DNA of 64,000 nt from Flaccisagitta enflata (taxonomy: Eukaryota): positions 3,162,001-3,226,000 of the forward strand of contig OZ231126.1 of the NCBI GenBank assembly GCA_965153355.1, in the 5' to 3' direction. How positions within the stretch are numbered: the first letter of the stretch is position 1; every line of letters begins with the position of its first letter. A program made the translations under genes and the position numbers. The notes under the pieces were generated by a model. That model was given only the letters and a program-made list of their open reading frames with translations. It did no database searches and was not told the origin of the DNA. Shown piece after piece: positions 45,102-61,929 of this stretch.

Positions 45102-46258
45102 CACAGTGTTTCGATACATAGACAAAGACAACTTTGAGTGCCCAGAGCTGAGAGTGGTTCAGAAGTGTTCTGTGATACTTGGTGAATACCAATCACCCGT
45201 TGGTAAATTTTTTTGAAAGCAAAATTGTGAAAAAATGCCTTTTTAAGCAAAAAAAAGGTGTTTTTTAGCATTTTTTAAAAATTAGGTTGTAATAGTGGTT
45301 TTTAAAATATTAAAAAATACTACAGATGCGTAGTTATAGTTGAAGTTTACACACTTTTACCTTAAACAGCAAGTCACATGAAATATTTTAAAGATTAAAG
45401 CTTAATAATAGCTCAAAAATAGCCTACAAAATGCAAAATATTGATTTTCTTATAGCTTTGAATAAAAAAATATCTCAAAAAAATTCTTATTAAAAGTCAA
45501 AGTATTTATACTTCAACTATTACCACATAGCGCTAGTATCATTCAAGATTTTATAAACTGCATAAACAATATTAGCTTAAATGTTGAAAAAAATAGATAT
45601 TTTGCATTTTTCAGGTTATCTTTAAGCCCCAAACTGCAAAGTATCCCAAACTACTTGTTATTCAGGGTAAAAATATTCATACTTTATTTGTTAGTAGACA
45701 TATGCAAGATTTTTTTTGATTTTTGGAACTGTATGAACAATGTTTAACTTAAAAATGTTAAAAATAAGCAGTATTATTCTGTTTTTAGACTTTTTTCAGC
45801 TCCAATCTTAAAATAGCCTTGTTAACTTGTTGTTCAGGGTAAGTGTATTTCTACTTTAACTAATACTACAAACTTCCAATAATTTCAAAGGTTTTTAAAG
45901 CTGCATGATCAAATTTAGGCTCTAAAATACTTAAAAAACATATTTTTATTCTTTTTAAGCTCTAATCTTAAAAATATTGCAAGAAACTTGCTGTATTGGG
46001 TCAAATTATGTATATTCTAACTATAACTACCCATTTCCAGTAATTTCGAGGATTTATGAAGCTGCTTTAACAATTCTATGCTGAAAAAATATTGAAAATA
46101 CTCATTTTTTGCCTAAAAAAAGATTTTTTTCAAAATTTTGCTTTCAAAAAAATTTACAAACGGGTGATTGATATTCACCAAGTATCATGGGACACTTCTG
46201 GACCACTCCCAGCTCTGGGCACTCAAAGTTGTCTTTGTCTATGTATCGTAACGCTGTG
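45102..46258. mobile_element. MITE with CACAGTG terminus, ~130-bp TIRs and 4-bp TSD (Chapaev-type)
   Basis: CACAGTGTTTCGATACATAGACAAAGACAACTTTGAGTGCCC...GGGCACTCAAAGTTGTCTTTGTCTATGTATCGTAACGCTGTG; AACA on both sides. Confidence 0.88.
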
Positions 46259-46667
46259 AACAGTTTACAGTATTTAAACTGCATGATCACAATTCTTTTC
46301 AGAGACAGAATTTTTTTATTTAAGAGGAAACTGAAAGTAGTAGTTATCTTTTTTTGTTTTGTGCTCTTCAACCTTCAAGATATCTTCCACAAGAAATAAA
46401 AGTTATTATTTTAACTTCACTAAGTAACTTTGACTGCTCTGATACAGGTTTGTTTTGATTAAGAATGTGAGTTTTTCTGAAATGATCAATGGTTTTCACA
46501 GATGTAGGGGCGTCAGAAAAGTTAACGAGCTTGGGAGTAAATCTTCCGGGCTTTAGACTAAAAAGTTAAGTAAATCCAGTTGTAAGCTTCCAAGTTGTAA
46601 GTTTTTTAAAGCGTGAATTTGAAACGAAATAAAACAGATTGGGTTGGATTTGGGTCGGTTCGAGCTT

Positions 46668-48290
46668 GATCGCACATCAAATTTCTGGAACCGCATGGTT
46701 TAAACTAGGAGAACTGCCACTTTTTCTGCGGTTTCTAGTGGTTCAGTCCATGCATAATCCATGGCAAAAAACAGCGAAATCATTCCCTTAGCTCATTTTT
46801 CTAAATTCCCATTTTTTTCTGGGTTGTTGTAACAGCCCTTTTTTGTCATTCCATACTGAATAGGTTCACTTCAAATGCTCATATCTCCTAAACGAATTGA
46901 GCTACAGACCTCAACTTGGGCTCATTTTAAAGAACAGATGATGCTCTTTAAAATGAGCCCAAATTGAGGTCAATTCGTCAATTCGTTTAGGAGCAGCAGT
47001 CCTTCAAAGTCACTGTTGTTTTCAGCATTTTCCACCATAAGAAGGTAACTTCTAAATCCTGAATCTCCTTAACGAATTGACGAATCGACCTCAACTTGGG
47101 CTCATTTTAAAGAGCAGACGCAGCTCTTTAAAATGAGCCCAAATTGAGGTCAATTCATCAATTTCTTTAGGAGCAGCAGTCCTTCAAAGTTGATGTTGTT
47201 TCCAGCATTTTCCATCAGAAGAAGTTAACTTCTAAAGCTCAAATCTCCTAAACGAATTGAGCTACTGACCTCAACTTGGGCTCACTTTAAATAGGAGACC
47301 CAGCTCTTTAAAATGAGGCCAAGTCGAGGTCTGTAGCTTTAACCATTTAGGAGCAGTGTGCTTCCAAAGTTGATGCTACTTCGAGAGAAAAATAAGTCAA
47401 TATTCTATGGCTCATATCTCCTAAACAAATTGAGCTACAGACCTCAACTTGGGACAGGCTGGCAGATAGACAACAGACAGACAGACAGACAGACAGACAA
47501 GCAGAGAGAGAAATAAAGCGGTTCATTGATAGAGTCGCATGCTCTCGACTAATGTTGCATCCAAATAAGTGAAAAGTATGTTGTAATCAACTTCACATAA
47601 ATACAATTTAATATGAGCAAGGTAAATTGAGATTCAACATTATTTCAACATTCCCACGTAAAAACTGTAAACCTGAAGTGTTGATAACTTTAAAAGATAA
47701 ATGAAAGTGTGATTAAAACGGACAAAACTCTCAGCCAAAGGAATAATTGAATGTGTAGAATAATTGCCAACTGGTTAAAAAAAAGAACATCTGAAGGTAC
47801 GACATGTGGAGAATGATCAGGAAGTACATAGTTAGAAATTTAACGAGACATTTGGCTGGGCAATTCTTGAATGGATTAAGGATGAAAATGTAACCGGCCA
47901 CCCAGTAAAAAGAGAAATGGGCTCATTTAAACATTACAACGTGAACCCGAACCGCCTTGAGTTGTACTTGACTACGGCTCTCTTCATCTTTTTAGCGTGG
48001 TCAGGATGGCTTTCAGCAACTGCAAACCGCTTTGCGGTCTTTTTGAAGTCATGATGAGACGCTTCGCATGTCTGCTCAGCATAGAGACCCAGCCCAGTTG
48101 GATGCTTATCGAGCCACTGTTCAACATGAACACCTAAGATGTGCATCTTCCACGTCGTTGGCACCTGAATTCCGTCATCCAGAACATCGCGGGCGTGCTC
48201 CTGCAGGACTGCGAATTTCTGGCGAAATGTGGCAATGAGGTCTGCGTAGTTGGGATCTAGATTTCTTCCAAAACAGCCTTTTTGTAGCGG

Positions 48291-48372
<82 letters not shown>

Positions 48373-49209
48373 CTTCAATTTGATTTAGAAACAAGCATTG
48401 ATTACATAGAAAATTGCAAAAAGCCTGTTTCATGGATAGCCCATAAAAGTCTTAAGCTACTGTTTTCTAACAAGGTCTATGATGACAATGCATATCAATA
48501 AAACGCTTTATCCAGTGGTTGGTTGATCTGTCTGGTGGTCTGTTGGTAATGCATTTGTTTGACGATCTACATGTTACACATATTTGCCTACACAGCCTTG
48601 TTTTTCTATTTTTCTCTTGGCACCTTCAACAACGTCCTGAACAGCTCGAGGTGAATCTATGATGGGAGCACAAGAGATTGGCAAGGAGGTCGCCAATTTG
48701 TCGACGCTGTCCAAAATCTTTGCGCTGTTGCCGTTGTACCCTCCACCTAATTCATTTTGATTTGAGTGTAGTACAAAGTAATCAAATTTTGAGGCGCTGT
48801 TCAAATAGCTATTTGAATTGGCTTAGTATTTTAAATCCATGTTTGTCCCCGCGAATCCTTACACTCAGTTGATTATTATCAGCAAGCATGCGAGTTGCAA
48901 ACTATTGCTCGATTTTCATTGTGACCGCGGATCTGTCTAGCGCTCATTTTATTTGCCACAAAAAAAAAAAAAAAATCCGGATGTAAAAAAATCCGGATGT
49001 AAAATGATGAGCAGGGGACAGACGTCTTTCTGGCTACTGCTCTATTCTTCAACCACACGATTTTGATGATAATGATGATGATGATGATGATTTCAATGAT
49101 AATGATAATTTCATGATGGGAATGATGAGGAGGATTTCTATGCAATGATGAGGATGATGATGGAGGATGATGATGGAGGATGATGATAATAATGACGATG
49201 ATAATGATA

Positions 49210-49264
<55 letters not shown>

Positions 49265-50139
49265 GGATGATGATGATGATGGTTATTTTGATGATGATGA
49301 TGACCATTGCCCTTTTAAAAAGCTTTGATAATTCACTCTAATGCGACCAATTTCCAGCTCAATTCATTTAGGAGATAAGAGAAAAAAACATCTTAGTCCT
49401 GAAATAGCATGAACTTTGGAAGCACACTGCTCCTTAATGAGTGATGCTACAGACCTCGACTTGGCCTCATTTTAAAGAGCTGGGTCTCCTCTTTGAAATG
49501 AGCCCAAGTTTAGATCAGTAGCTCAATTCGTTTAGGAGATTTAAGCTTTAGAAGATACCTTCTTTTGATGGAAAATGCTGGAAACAACATCAACTTTGAA
49601 GGACTGCTGCTCCTAAACGAATTGACGAATTGACCTCAATTTGGGCTCATTTTAAAGAGCTGCGTCTGCTCTTTAAAAAGAGCCCAAGTTGAGGTCGATT
49701 CGTCAATTTGTTAAGGAAATTCAGGCTTTAGAAGTTACCTTCTTATGGTGGAAAATGTTGAAAATAACAGCGACTTTGAAGGACTGCTGCTCCTAAACGA
49801 ATTGACGAATTGACCTCAATTTGGGCTCATTTTAAAGAGCATCATCTGTTCTTTAAAATGAGCTCAAGTTGAGGTCTGTAGCTCAATTCGTTTAGGAGAT
49901 ATGAGCATTTGAAGTGAACCTATTCAGTATGGAATGACAAAAAAGGGCTGTTACAACAACCCAGAAAAAAATGGGAATTTAGAAAAATGAGCTAAGGGAA
50001 TGATTTCGCTGTTTTTTGCCATGGATTATGCATGGACTGAACCACTAGAAACCGCAGAAAAAGTGGCAGTTCTCCTAGTTTAAACCATGCGGTTCCAGAA
50101 ATTTGATGTGGATCGCGTTTTAAGCAGAAGCGTACAGTG
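46668..50139 (-). mobile_element. Internally deleted Chapaev-superfamily DNA transposon with ~750-bp modular inverted arms
   Basis: 46670-47450 is the inverse of about 49410-50110, built from ~180-bp self-palindromic units. Right end is ...GCGTACAGTG; the left tip appears truncated. Transposase remnant inside. Confidence 0.8.
47934..48947 (-). pseudogene. Chapaev-type transposase remnant with an intron
   Basis: N-terminal MSARQIRGHNENRAIVC (Chapa-like H-x7-C start). GGYNGNSAKILDSVDKL...VVEG is joined by a phase-1 GT-AG intron (48623-48278) to CFGRNLDPNY...TWKMHILGVH...GLGLYAEQTCEASHHDF...AVVKYN. Most of the catalytic core is missing. Confidence 0.78.
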
Positions 50140-50207
50140 GGGTTCATGGAATAACAGCCTAAACTGGAGGAAGGTATTTGAGTGTCTTAATTTCATTTGA
50201 CATATTG

Positions 50208-52734
<2,527 letters not shown>

Positions 52735-52869
52735 ATTGATGTTTGTGTCCCTGAGTTTTTTTTGTTGCTATGAGAACCAAAATCATTTTTTTTTGAGCAT
52801 TCATAGCCGCTTAAGTATCAATATTTTGACAGATATGACTAGGAAACATACCAGAATAAATTCCTCATG

Positions 52870-53600
52870 TTAGCTCACAGACCACTAAATCCACCTATAA
52901 ATAGTCTCCACCCACACTTATCCCACTTGGCCACCTATGACAGACCTCACCAAATCCTACCCTGATATCAAAGCCCCTAACGACACTTTATCCCGCTCAG
53001 GCCACCTACACAGACCACCAAATCCCACCCTGATGGGAAACAGTTCCCAACGACACTGTCCGCTCCGCTTCACCTACACAGACCACCAACCCCACCCTGA
53101 TGGGAAATAAGCCCCTAACTGACACTTTGATCCTGCCCTGGCCACCACACAGGACCACCAAATCCCACCTGATGGGAAATAAGCCCCCAACGACACTTTA
53201 TCCGGTCGCCACCTTACATATGACTTCAATTTAAACTCACTCCTGATGGGAAAAGGTCTTAACGACACTTTATCCCGCCTGGCCACCCAGGAATCAGACC
53301 ACCAAAACCCACCCTGATGGGAATTAAGCCCCTAACGACTCCTTATCCCGCTCAAGCCACCTAGACAGACTGCCAAATCCCACCCTGATGGGAAATACGC
53401 CCCTAACAGATACCTGTGAGCACTGCCTGCCACCTACACAGACTCACTGGGATCCACTGACAAGGTCTCCTGCACCCACACTTTAGACCTGCCCAAGCCA
53501 CCTACACAGACCACCAAATCCCAACCTGATGGGAAATAAGCCCCTAACGACACTTTATCCCGCTCAAGCCACCTACACAGACCACCAAATCCTCCTAACA
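52870..53600. repeat. ~60-bp tandem repeat, indel-rich
   Basis: Unit approximately CCACCTACACAGACCACCAAATCCCACCCTGATGGGAAATAAGCCCCTAACGACACTTTATCCCGCTCAAG. Confidence 0.85.
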
Positions 53601-54460
53601 GGGGGGTGAAAGCTAAAATGTTTTTAGCATATTTTAGCATATTTTAGCAAATTTTAGCAAATTTTAGCACATTTTAGCACATTTTAGCACGATTTTGAGA
53701 TAAGGGGAACCCTGCCACTAGCTAAAATATGCTAAAATGTGTTAAAATGCGCTGAAATTTGCTAAAATGTGCTAAAATTTGCTAAAATGTGCTAAACGCC
53801 TTGGAAATCTTATCACCAGCTTTCAACCTCAAAAAATACTAAAATGTGCTAAAATGTGCTAAAATGTGCTAAAATTTGCTAAAATTTGCTAAAATTTGCT
53901 AAAAGATGGTAAAATCAACTGAAATCTTGAGAATCTCACTTGAGTAATTTTTCTAAAATCTACTAAAATGTGCTAAAACATTTTCATCTTGTCAACCTAC
54001 CAGCAATACAAAAATGTTAAAAGTTGCAATAATCATTAAGGGAATTTCAATTAATTTTAGCAGATTTTAGCATATTTTAGCATATTTTAGAATATTTTAG
54101 CATATTTTAGCGTTTTTGGCGGCCAAAGAAAGCAAATTCATTTTTAGGGCTTTTAGCATATTTTAGCAATTGGCTTGAATATTTTTCAGTCTTGACCACA
54201 AACACCTAAATACATTAAAATGGACCCATTTTCACACTTTCAGACCATTTTTCACTAGCCATTTCATCCAAAAAAGCGGATTTTGCATATATTTTTTAAA
54301 GCACATTTTAGCACATTTTAGCACATTTTAGCATTTTTTGAGGTTGAAAGCTGGTGATAAGATTTCCAAGGCGTTTAGCACATTTTAGCAAATTTTAGCA
54401 CATTTTAGCAAATTTCAGTGCTTTTTAACATATTTTAGCTAGTGGCAGGGGTCCCCTTGT
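53600..54460. repeat. Inverted-repeat element built from 10-bp TTTTAGCACA units
   Basis: 53700-53870 is the inverse of 54300-54458 (CCCCTGCCACTAGCTAAAATATG / CATATTTTAGCTAGTGGCAGGGG). Confidence 0.7.
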
Positions 54461-57400
54461 CCTAAGTGTAATATGTGCCCTACCCTCCCACCTCCACTTA
54501 TTTGCTCATTTCAAAAAGAATTCTATTTCCTCTCTTCATGGCAAAAAGAATGACAAAATCATAATCAAAAGAATTACATGGGTTGTCAAAAAAATATTTG
54601 ACAGTGCCATTAGTGGAAAAGCTTACTTTTGTTTTCCTTAGTAATGCAGGCAGATCTGGTATCCTTTTTTTTGAAAACATTTCAAACTGCCTTATGCAAA
54701 TTTCTTTGCATAGGACTTGAAAACGCTAAAGTATGATGGTCATAACATTGTTGTATGGGTGGGTAGGGGCAGCCAGCCACCATCCAAACTCAAGGACAAC
54801 CTAAGAAATGCTTAATAACCTAAGCAAAACATAAAAACTACCTTAGTACCTACCTACTTCAGGACAACTCAGCCAATGCAAAAACTATTGGAACATTTTT
54901 AGAACTAGTCATCCAAGGATTGCACATGGTCAGCGGTACCCGATGCCCTGATTAGAGTGAATAGCTGCAAAAGTGGAGTGAGAGCAGGGCAGCGGCCCCA
55001 AAGGGCTGATGTTCTGTAGGACACAGGGGTGAATTTCCAGACATCCCGAGAAGGTGCATTTGAGGCGCTTGGGGCTACTTTCCTTGTTACTCAATGAGCA
55101 CATTGAATTTTTTTTCCATTTCATTGTCAATTTTCCATGTTATTCAATCTGAATTTTGTATTTTTTTCGAAAGATAGTCAATTTTCCATGTTATTCAATA
55201 GGGATTTCCCATTTTTTAACTTCTATTAAATTTTCAATGTTATTCAATGGGAATTTTATATTTTTTTTATTTCTTTATCAATTTTCCATGTTATTCAATA
55301 GGAATTTTGCATTTCTTCAATTTTCCATGTTATTCAATTGGAACATGAGGCTCAGAGGCTTTGGTGGGGGGGGGACGAACGGACAGACATATGGACGTAT
55401 GGATGGACATCTGGAAATTCACCCCTGTGTCCTATAGGAGATTGGCCCTTAGGGGCCGCTGCCCAAAAACTATAGGAATACTATAGGGCAAGTTGCACGG
55501 CAACAGAACAACTGGACAACTTGGAGGATAACTTAAGACAATTTTGACAAAACTATAGTTAACTTCACAAACGAAATAAGGCTGTAATTCTAGACAACTA
55601 AAAACTAAAGGACAATTTAGACAACCTTAGGACACAACCTGACACCCTAAGACAACTAGGACAACTCAAACAATTTCTAGTATAACTCTGTTATAGAATA
55701 ACTTTTGACAACTTTGGAATAATTTGATATCAACCAGAGACAAATCAGTGACATTTCTAGACATCACATGACAATGAGAGTGACTTCATTAATACATAAG
55801 CTCAAAAAAGGCACTGTAGGAGGAACGATTGAACCTAAGGAAATTCTGAAGGAACCCAAAGCTATTTGCATATATCTCTTCCAGGCATGATGCTTGAAGT
55901 GATGCAAATTTCTCCCTAATCACTATTAGTTTTGAAAAGGCGCGCTCTAATTGTACTATGGCTCTACCCAATGACATCAGTTTATACAAAAATAGTTGAA
56001 AAAAGAGAGGAAATAACAAATATCTCTTAGGCTAATTTTTTATGATTGGGTAAAAAGAAACGTCAAGCTTTCCGTTCTGCTCATTCTCAGCTTAAACTCA
56101 TATGCGCAATTGCGAGCATCAGCTCTAGCTCTGCAGTCTGACTACGGAGGATTAGGAGCTACCGCCAATAAGCAAAACGCGCAACTCTAGAAAACCGGTT
56201 AACTTTTGTGAATCTCTATATTTTCTATGTATTTTACATAATGTTTTTATCATTATTTATATATTAAATACAATTTCAAATGATTTTTGTAGATATGAAA
56301 ACTAAACAGGTTAGTAGAAGTGGAAAATATAACAATAAGAGAGGTTTTAAAGAATGTGTCCATTACTTATATTTCCTATCATGGCGTTTGCGCAGCTTCC
56401 CACAGTATGCTCCCAAAGAATATTGCCCGTCTGGCCGTTGCTAGGGAGCATCACACATAGCAACCAGTACATAATGCTCCCTAGCAACAGTTAAACAAGC
56501 GATACTCTTACAGAACATACTGTTGGAAAGTTGTTGTAAATTTAATTTTGAGCAATGTTCTCTCATTACATTTTTGAAAACATTGATTTCTTAGCAGTTA
56601 TGACTGTTTGGAAAAAATCTGAACAGTAATTGGGTCCGCGACGGAATTTTTTGCGAAAAATAAAAATTTTAGATAAACGTTAGCGCAAAAGACAACAGAT
56701 GTATGAAAAAATATAACTAACTTTTTGCATGAATGTCTTACTTTTTGAAAAATCTTTAAATTGTTGACACGGTTGAAAAATGCCAAAGTTATGCACGTTT
56801 TTCACTTTTAGGCCGGTAGGCTGGTTGGGTGGTAGGCTGGTTTAACAGAGGAAAGAAGCTGGGCATGATCTTCCGTTTAGAGACTCCAGGCTGTGTCGGC
56901 CAGTCAGTTGAAAATGAAAAGACAGTTTTTTCACTTTGTACTGCTGGCTGGTAGGCAATGGTTTAGCCGGTTAGTGTACTCAAGGCATATAAATCATATA
57001 CATATGTTGAGGCCTCCATTTAGAGATTATACCAAATTTCAGCCAAATCGGTTGAAAAATGCCAAAGTTATGCACGTTTTTCACTTTTAGGCCGGTAGGC
57101 TGGGTTGGGTGGCAGGGCTGGTCAGATGGTGATAAAGAGTGTACAAAGAGCCCTTCCAATGGAGATCATACACGTTTCAACCAAACCAGTTAAACAAAGT
57201 TATGTTTTTCACTTTTAGGCCAGTTGGCTGGTTGGGTGGTAGGTCATTTGGGCTGTTAGCATGCTCAATGCATATAAATCATATACATATGTTGAGTCCT
57301 CCCATTAGAGACTCATAATAATTTCAGCCAAATCGGTTGAAAATGCCAAAGAGGTGACGTTTTTCTACTTTGAAATGGTAGGCTATTGGGCTGGTTGTCA

Positions 57401-57691
57401 TTGATCACAAAATCGATAGACAGCGCCCACCCTATTACAACTTTCCCACCAAATATGAACTGAACACAGAACGTAATAAATCATTAATGGTAACAAATAG
57501 GTTCAAGCAGGCCAAGTAGGCCAATAAGGTGCGACGTGCGACGTCGAACAAATGCGTTACCCGACAAACCACCGAGCGACCGACCAACGGACACAGACAT
57601 TTTTAAAAGAGGAGCGTTGTCGCACCTAAAAACATGACAAGTCTAGTCACCAAACAGTTAGTTTTCGACTGAGAAAAAAAAGGGGGAAATA

Positions 57692-58455
57692 CAGGGAATA
57701 CCGCGTCAAATGATACAAAAGAAAACGACATAACTTTGCTTCTAGAGATATAAGTAGATCAATTTTGTAAAAAGATCGAGAGCTCCTAAAGCGATTTTTT
57801 ACTGTACATCGTTTCTGTACATAGTTTGAAAAAAACTACAGCTTTTAAAAGTTTCAAAAGAAAAGGAATATTGAAAGGATTTTTGAGGATTTTTAATGGT
57901 TTTGAACATAAAATTAGTGGTTCCCATTAGGATATTGAGCAAAAATTGTAGGATTTTACCAAACTTGATTCAAATTCAATTTGAATTTTAGATATGCTCA
58001 CTTTGTTTTAAAAATTAAACATTTAGACTAATGAAGACAACTCAGAGGATCCATCTTCTTTGAGCAACATATTAGAAGTGGTGAAAAAAACCAGTTTTCT
58101 TGATTTGAAATGTCTCCACTGTATCTGTTCCATCAATTTCATAAAATTTTTTGAATTATCTTTGATATGAGCCCAATCTCATGTATTTAGCTCAATTTGT
58201 TTAGAAATGATACTGAATGGAAGATGCAGGTACAGCTGCTTTGAATGAGAGAAATTTGACGAAACGATTTTTTTCAAAATGAATGTTTTTAAAACACATT
58301 CTATTAGGGCCAAAACCGTTAGGAGGTTATAATGTATCAGAATAGGATAAAATCGTTTTATAGTGCTTTTTAACACTTTTTTTCAGATTTGAAATATTTT
58401 TTCCAATGCAGAATTACATCGTTTTCTTTTGTCTCTTTTGGCGGGGTATTCCCTG
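57692..58455. mobile_element. Tc1/mariner-like MITE, TA TSD
   Basis: CAGGGAATACC...CAAAAGAAAACGA / TCGTTTTCTTTTG...GGTATTCCCTG, flanked by TA. Confidence 0.8.
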
Positions 58456-58951
58456 TAGTAAAAATTAGCTAGAAAAGCAGGCACTCTAACTTCTAAACTA
58501 GAATTAGCTAGATTATCTTGCGAAATCGTTAGAATCATCTAGAAGCAACTAGATTGGCTTAGTGATTCTTGGACGCTGTTAGAACACTGGCTGGTATCTA
58601 GGAGCAATAAATGCGAAGCTAAATGGGTAGCTCAGAGGTCATAGAAAGTAAATCAATGCTGAAAAACCTCCAGTTCCTCTAATTCCACTTGTTATAGATT
58701 TCTTTTGAATATATTCAAGACGTGGTTATCATCTCACTTTACCCTTGGTAATAAGAACTAAATTTATTACTTCCACTCATGCAAGCAATTTCTCTTTTCT
58801 TCTGCGCTAAGTAAATGCAGTGTAATGATTTTTAGTATCGATTCCAATTCCATCAACTGTTGCCCAAAGTGTGCCGTTTGAATTATTGGTATTGTTAAAA
58901 CCGCATTATGCAAATTAAGTTCTTAATGCTGACGTTACAGCAACTTCTCAC

Positions 58952-59561
58952 CTTCCCACTAGAGTTCGAGAGATTTTCAAATTCCCATAATATACAAGAA
59001 TACAAATGTCCTACTACTATACCTTCAATAGCTTGCCATTCCCCCGCGAGGATGTACCATTCGTAAACTTCATTTGACATGGGCGGGCCTTCGGGATCGG
59101 GAAATCTTTTGCCTGTGAGTTCAGAAGATGGAATGAAAGTGAAATGAATCGGCAGGTTCACTTGGAAACGTTTTTTACAACTAAGTGTGGATAGAATGGC
59201 CGGAGAGCGTCTTTAAAAGCTCAGGGTAACTGTCGACCCCCTCACGACAGTTCCACTTAATCCATATTGCTCATAACCATGTCCACAATCCACATTCCAG
59301 AGTCAATTTACCAATCCAAACGTGGACTTCGGTATCTCTGAGGTATCGGCGTCCTACGTACTGAAATTCAGAGTCTTCCGGGTGAAATATCTCCATCGGA
59401 TTCTTCATGACTGCCAATTCAAAATGTCTGACTCGTCATGCATTCTCTCCTTTCTTCGTCGTTTCTCTGTTTCTCCTTGTTTTCGTCCGTCCATCCGTCC
59501 GCCTGCCTGTCTCAGTCCGTCCGTCTGCCTTTCTATCTCTCTGTCAGTATATTTGCCACTC

Positions 59562-59647
<86 letters not shown>

Positions 59648-61867
59648 CTCTCTCCTTCCTCTCATGAGACAGTTGGGGCCTGGCCCGAGCAACAACTCAC
59701 TTGGAACAGAGTCATCACCGGCAAAGGGTGGACAATACATCCAATTGAGTCCCGCAGAAGGCAGATCCAGACAGTTGCCTGTTGGGAAGAGAGAGTGGAG
59801 AAGAGAGAGAAGAAGAAGAAGAAGAAGAAGAAGAAGAAGAAGAGAGAGAGAGAGAGAGAGAGAGAAAGAAAAAGACAGACAGACAGACAGATAAAAATAT
59901 GGCCAGACAAAGTGACCAGAAGACCGACTTAGAGACATGTAGCTACATGAGGAGAACGACAGAAAGGTTTAGAAAATTGCAAGGACCCAGACACAAATTT
60001 GAATCTCATCATGAATGGGTGGGAACTGCGCAATGGGCGTGGGCGGAAATGCGCATGGGCGGAAATGCGCATTTTCGCTCTTTTCAACACCGTCACCAGT
60101 TACAGACGAAAGTGAAATACAAGAAGTTAACCCCCCAAAAACTGTAGCACCCCCCCCCCTAAACCGCGACATGAAGAAAAACATATAAGGTAGGGAATGG
60201 AAGCTTATATCCATACAATTAGCCTCATCAGAGCATTTTTGGAATTTCATTCCCAGTGAAGAATTATAGCAAGAAAACCAGTGAAAAATTGCATTTTTAG
60301 CATTATTCAAAAAATATTAAATTTGGATAGTTTTTTAGCTGTAGCTTTTTACGGGGATTGAAATTCCAAAATGTTTTTCTGCGACAAAAAAAAAAGCAAA
60401 ACAAAATACAAAACTAATACGATCCGCTTCCTTTTCTTACAAGCATGTATAACAACCTAGATTTTTTTCACCTTTAATTTGATCGATGGTGTAAGCCAAG
60501 CCGGTCCTAAAGTCGTGAATTTCCCTGATTGCGACCCCTTCAAAGTCCTCAATGTCGTCCATGTCGTCAAACACCATCGTCGGAATATGATCGTATCGTG
60601 CCAACAGACGAGGCTGATCGTACCAAAAACGAGTCGTACGCTGCCACAAAAATCAGGTAACGTGGGTTAAGTTATTGATAACACGCGCCGTGCTTGCGGA
60701 CACGGGCAGTAAACACGAACTAAAAAGTAAATTGTGACCGACAGTCCGACTAAAAAGTGGCTGATAGAAAGTCAAAACCAATCATAAATGAAAGAAACTA
60801 AAGGAAACAAGTACCCCGGGGGTACAACGATGCGTCCACATGCGGCTTAGCTTGTTAAGAATGATGCAATATTGCATCAACCTTGTGGAATGATGCAATA
60901 ATCTGAGATATTTCCAAGATTCTATGCATTTTCATCATTCTCCAACTCGATCACCACGGACCGACCAACCAGCGGACGGGCGTGCGGACGGACAAAGCCT
61001 CTTATAGAGATGCGTGGACGCATCTAAAAATAAGAAAAACAAGGCCAATAAGGTGCACCGTGTGGATCGTCAAACGAATGTGTTACCGTCCGACCAACCG
61101 ACAAACAGACCAACGAACACAGCCAGTGATAGAGGTACGTTGGCGCGCCCAAAAAAAGGAAGAGTCAAATAAAGAATGAGTGAATGAGATCAGGTATAGA
61201 AAGAAGTATCTAGATAGAAAAAAAAGAAAAAAAAAAGAATGCGAAAAGAGAGGAACAAGTTACGCGAGGTCACAATATCGTTGCGGACTGGTGGGCAGGG
61301 CATACAACCCCAGCCTATTAACCTCTCACTCAAGCGCGCGCACACACACACACGCACACACACACACAAAAAAAAAAATATCACTGCAGCAACATGAAGG
61401 TGCGTTTTTCGCGTTCTCAAGTGGAACGTAACGGACTAACGGACGGATCAAGTCTCTATAAATAGAGTTGTATCAGTAGGACCCGAATTGTGTGTGTGTG
61501 TGCAATACATTACAGGAAGAAAAAATTACTTAAGAGGCTGATATTTGGAATATAGACTAATGAAACGATGCTTTGTTGCCCATGAGTGTTGGTTGCTATG
61601 GAAACACATTTTCATGTATTCACGCTAAAGTATCAATATTTTGAGAACATTGTTTAAAACAAAATTTGCTACAACTTTCCAACAATATATTTTGAAGTGG
61701 CAGAGTAGCTTAACAACAGCCGTGGCCCCTTGCTCATCAACAGCCCTGGCCCCTTGCTCATCAACAGCCGTGGCCCCTTACCCATCAACACTCCGTGGCC
61801 CCTAGCACGTGGCCCCTTCCGTAATGGGGCCCGTGGCGAATGCCCCCCTACCGAGAGCAAGCATACC

Positions 61868-61929
<62 letters not shown>

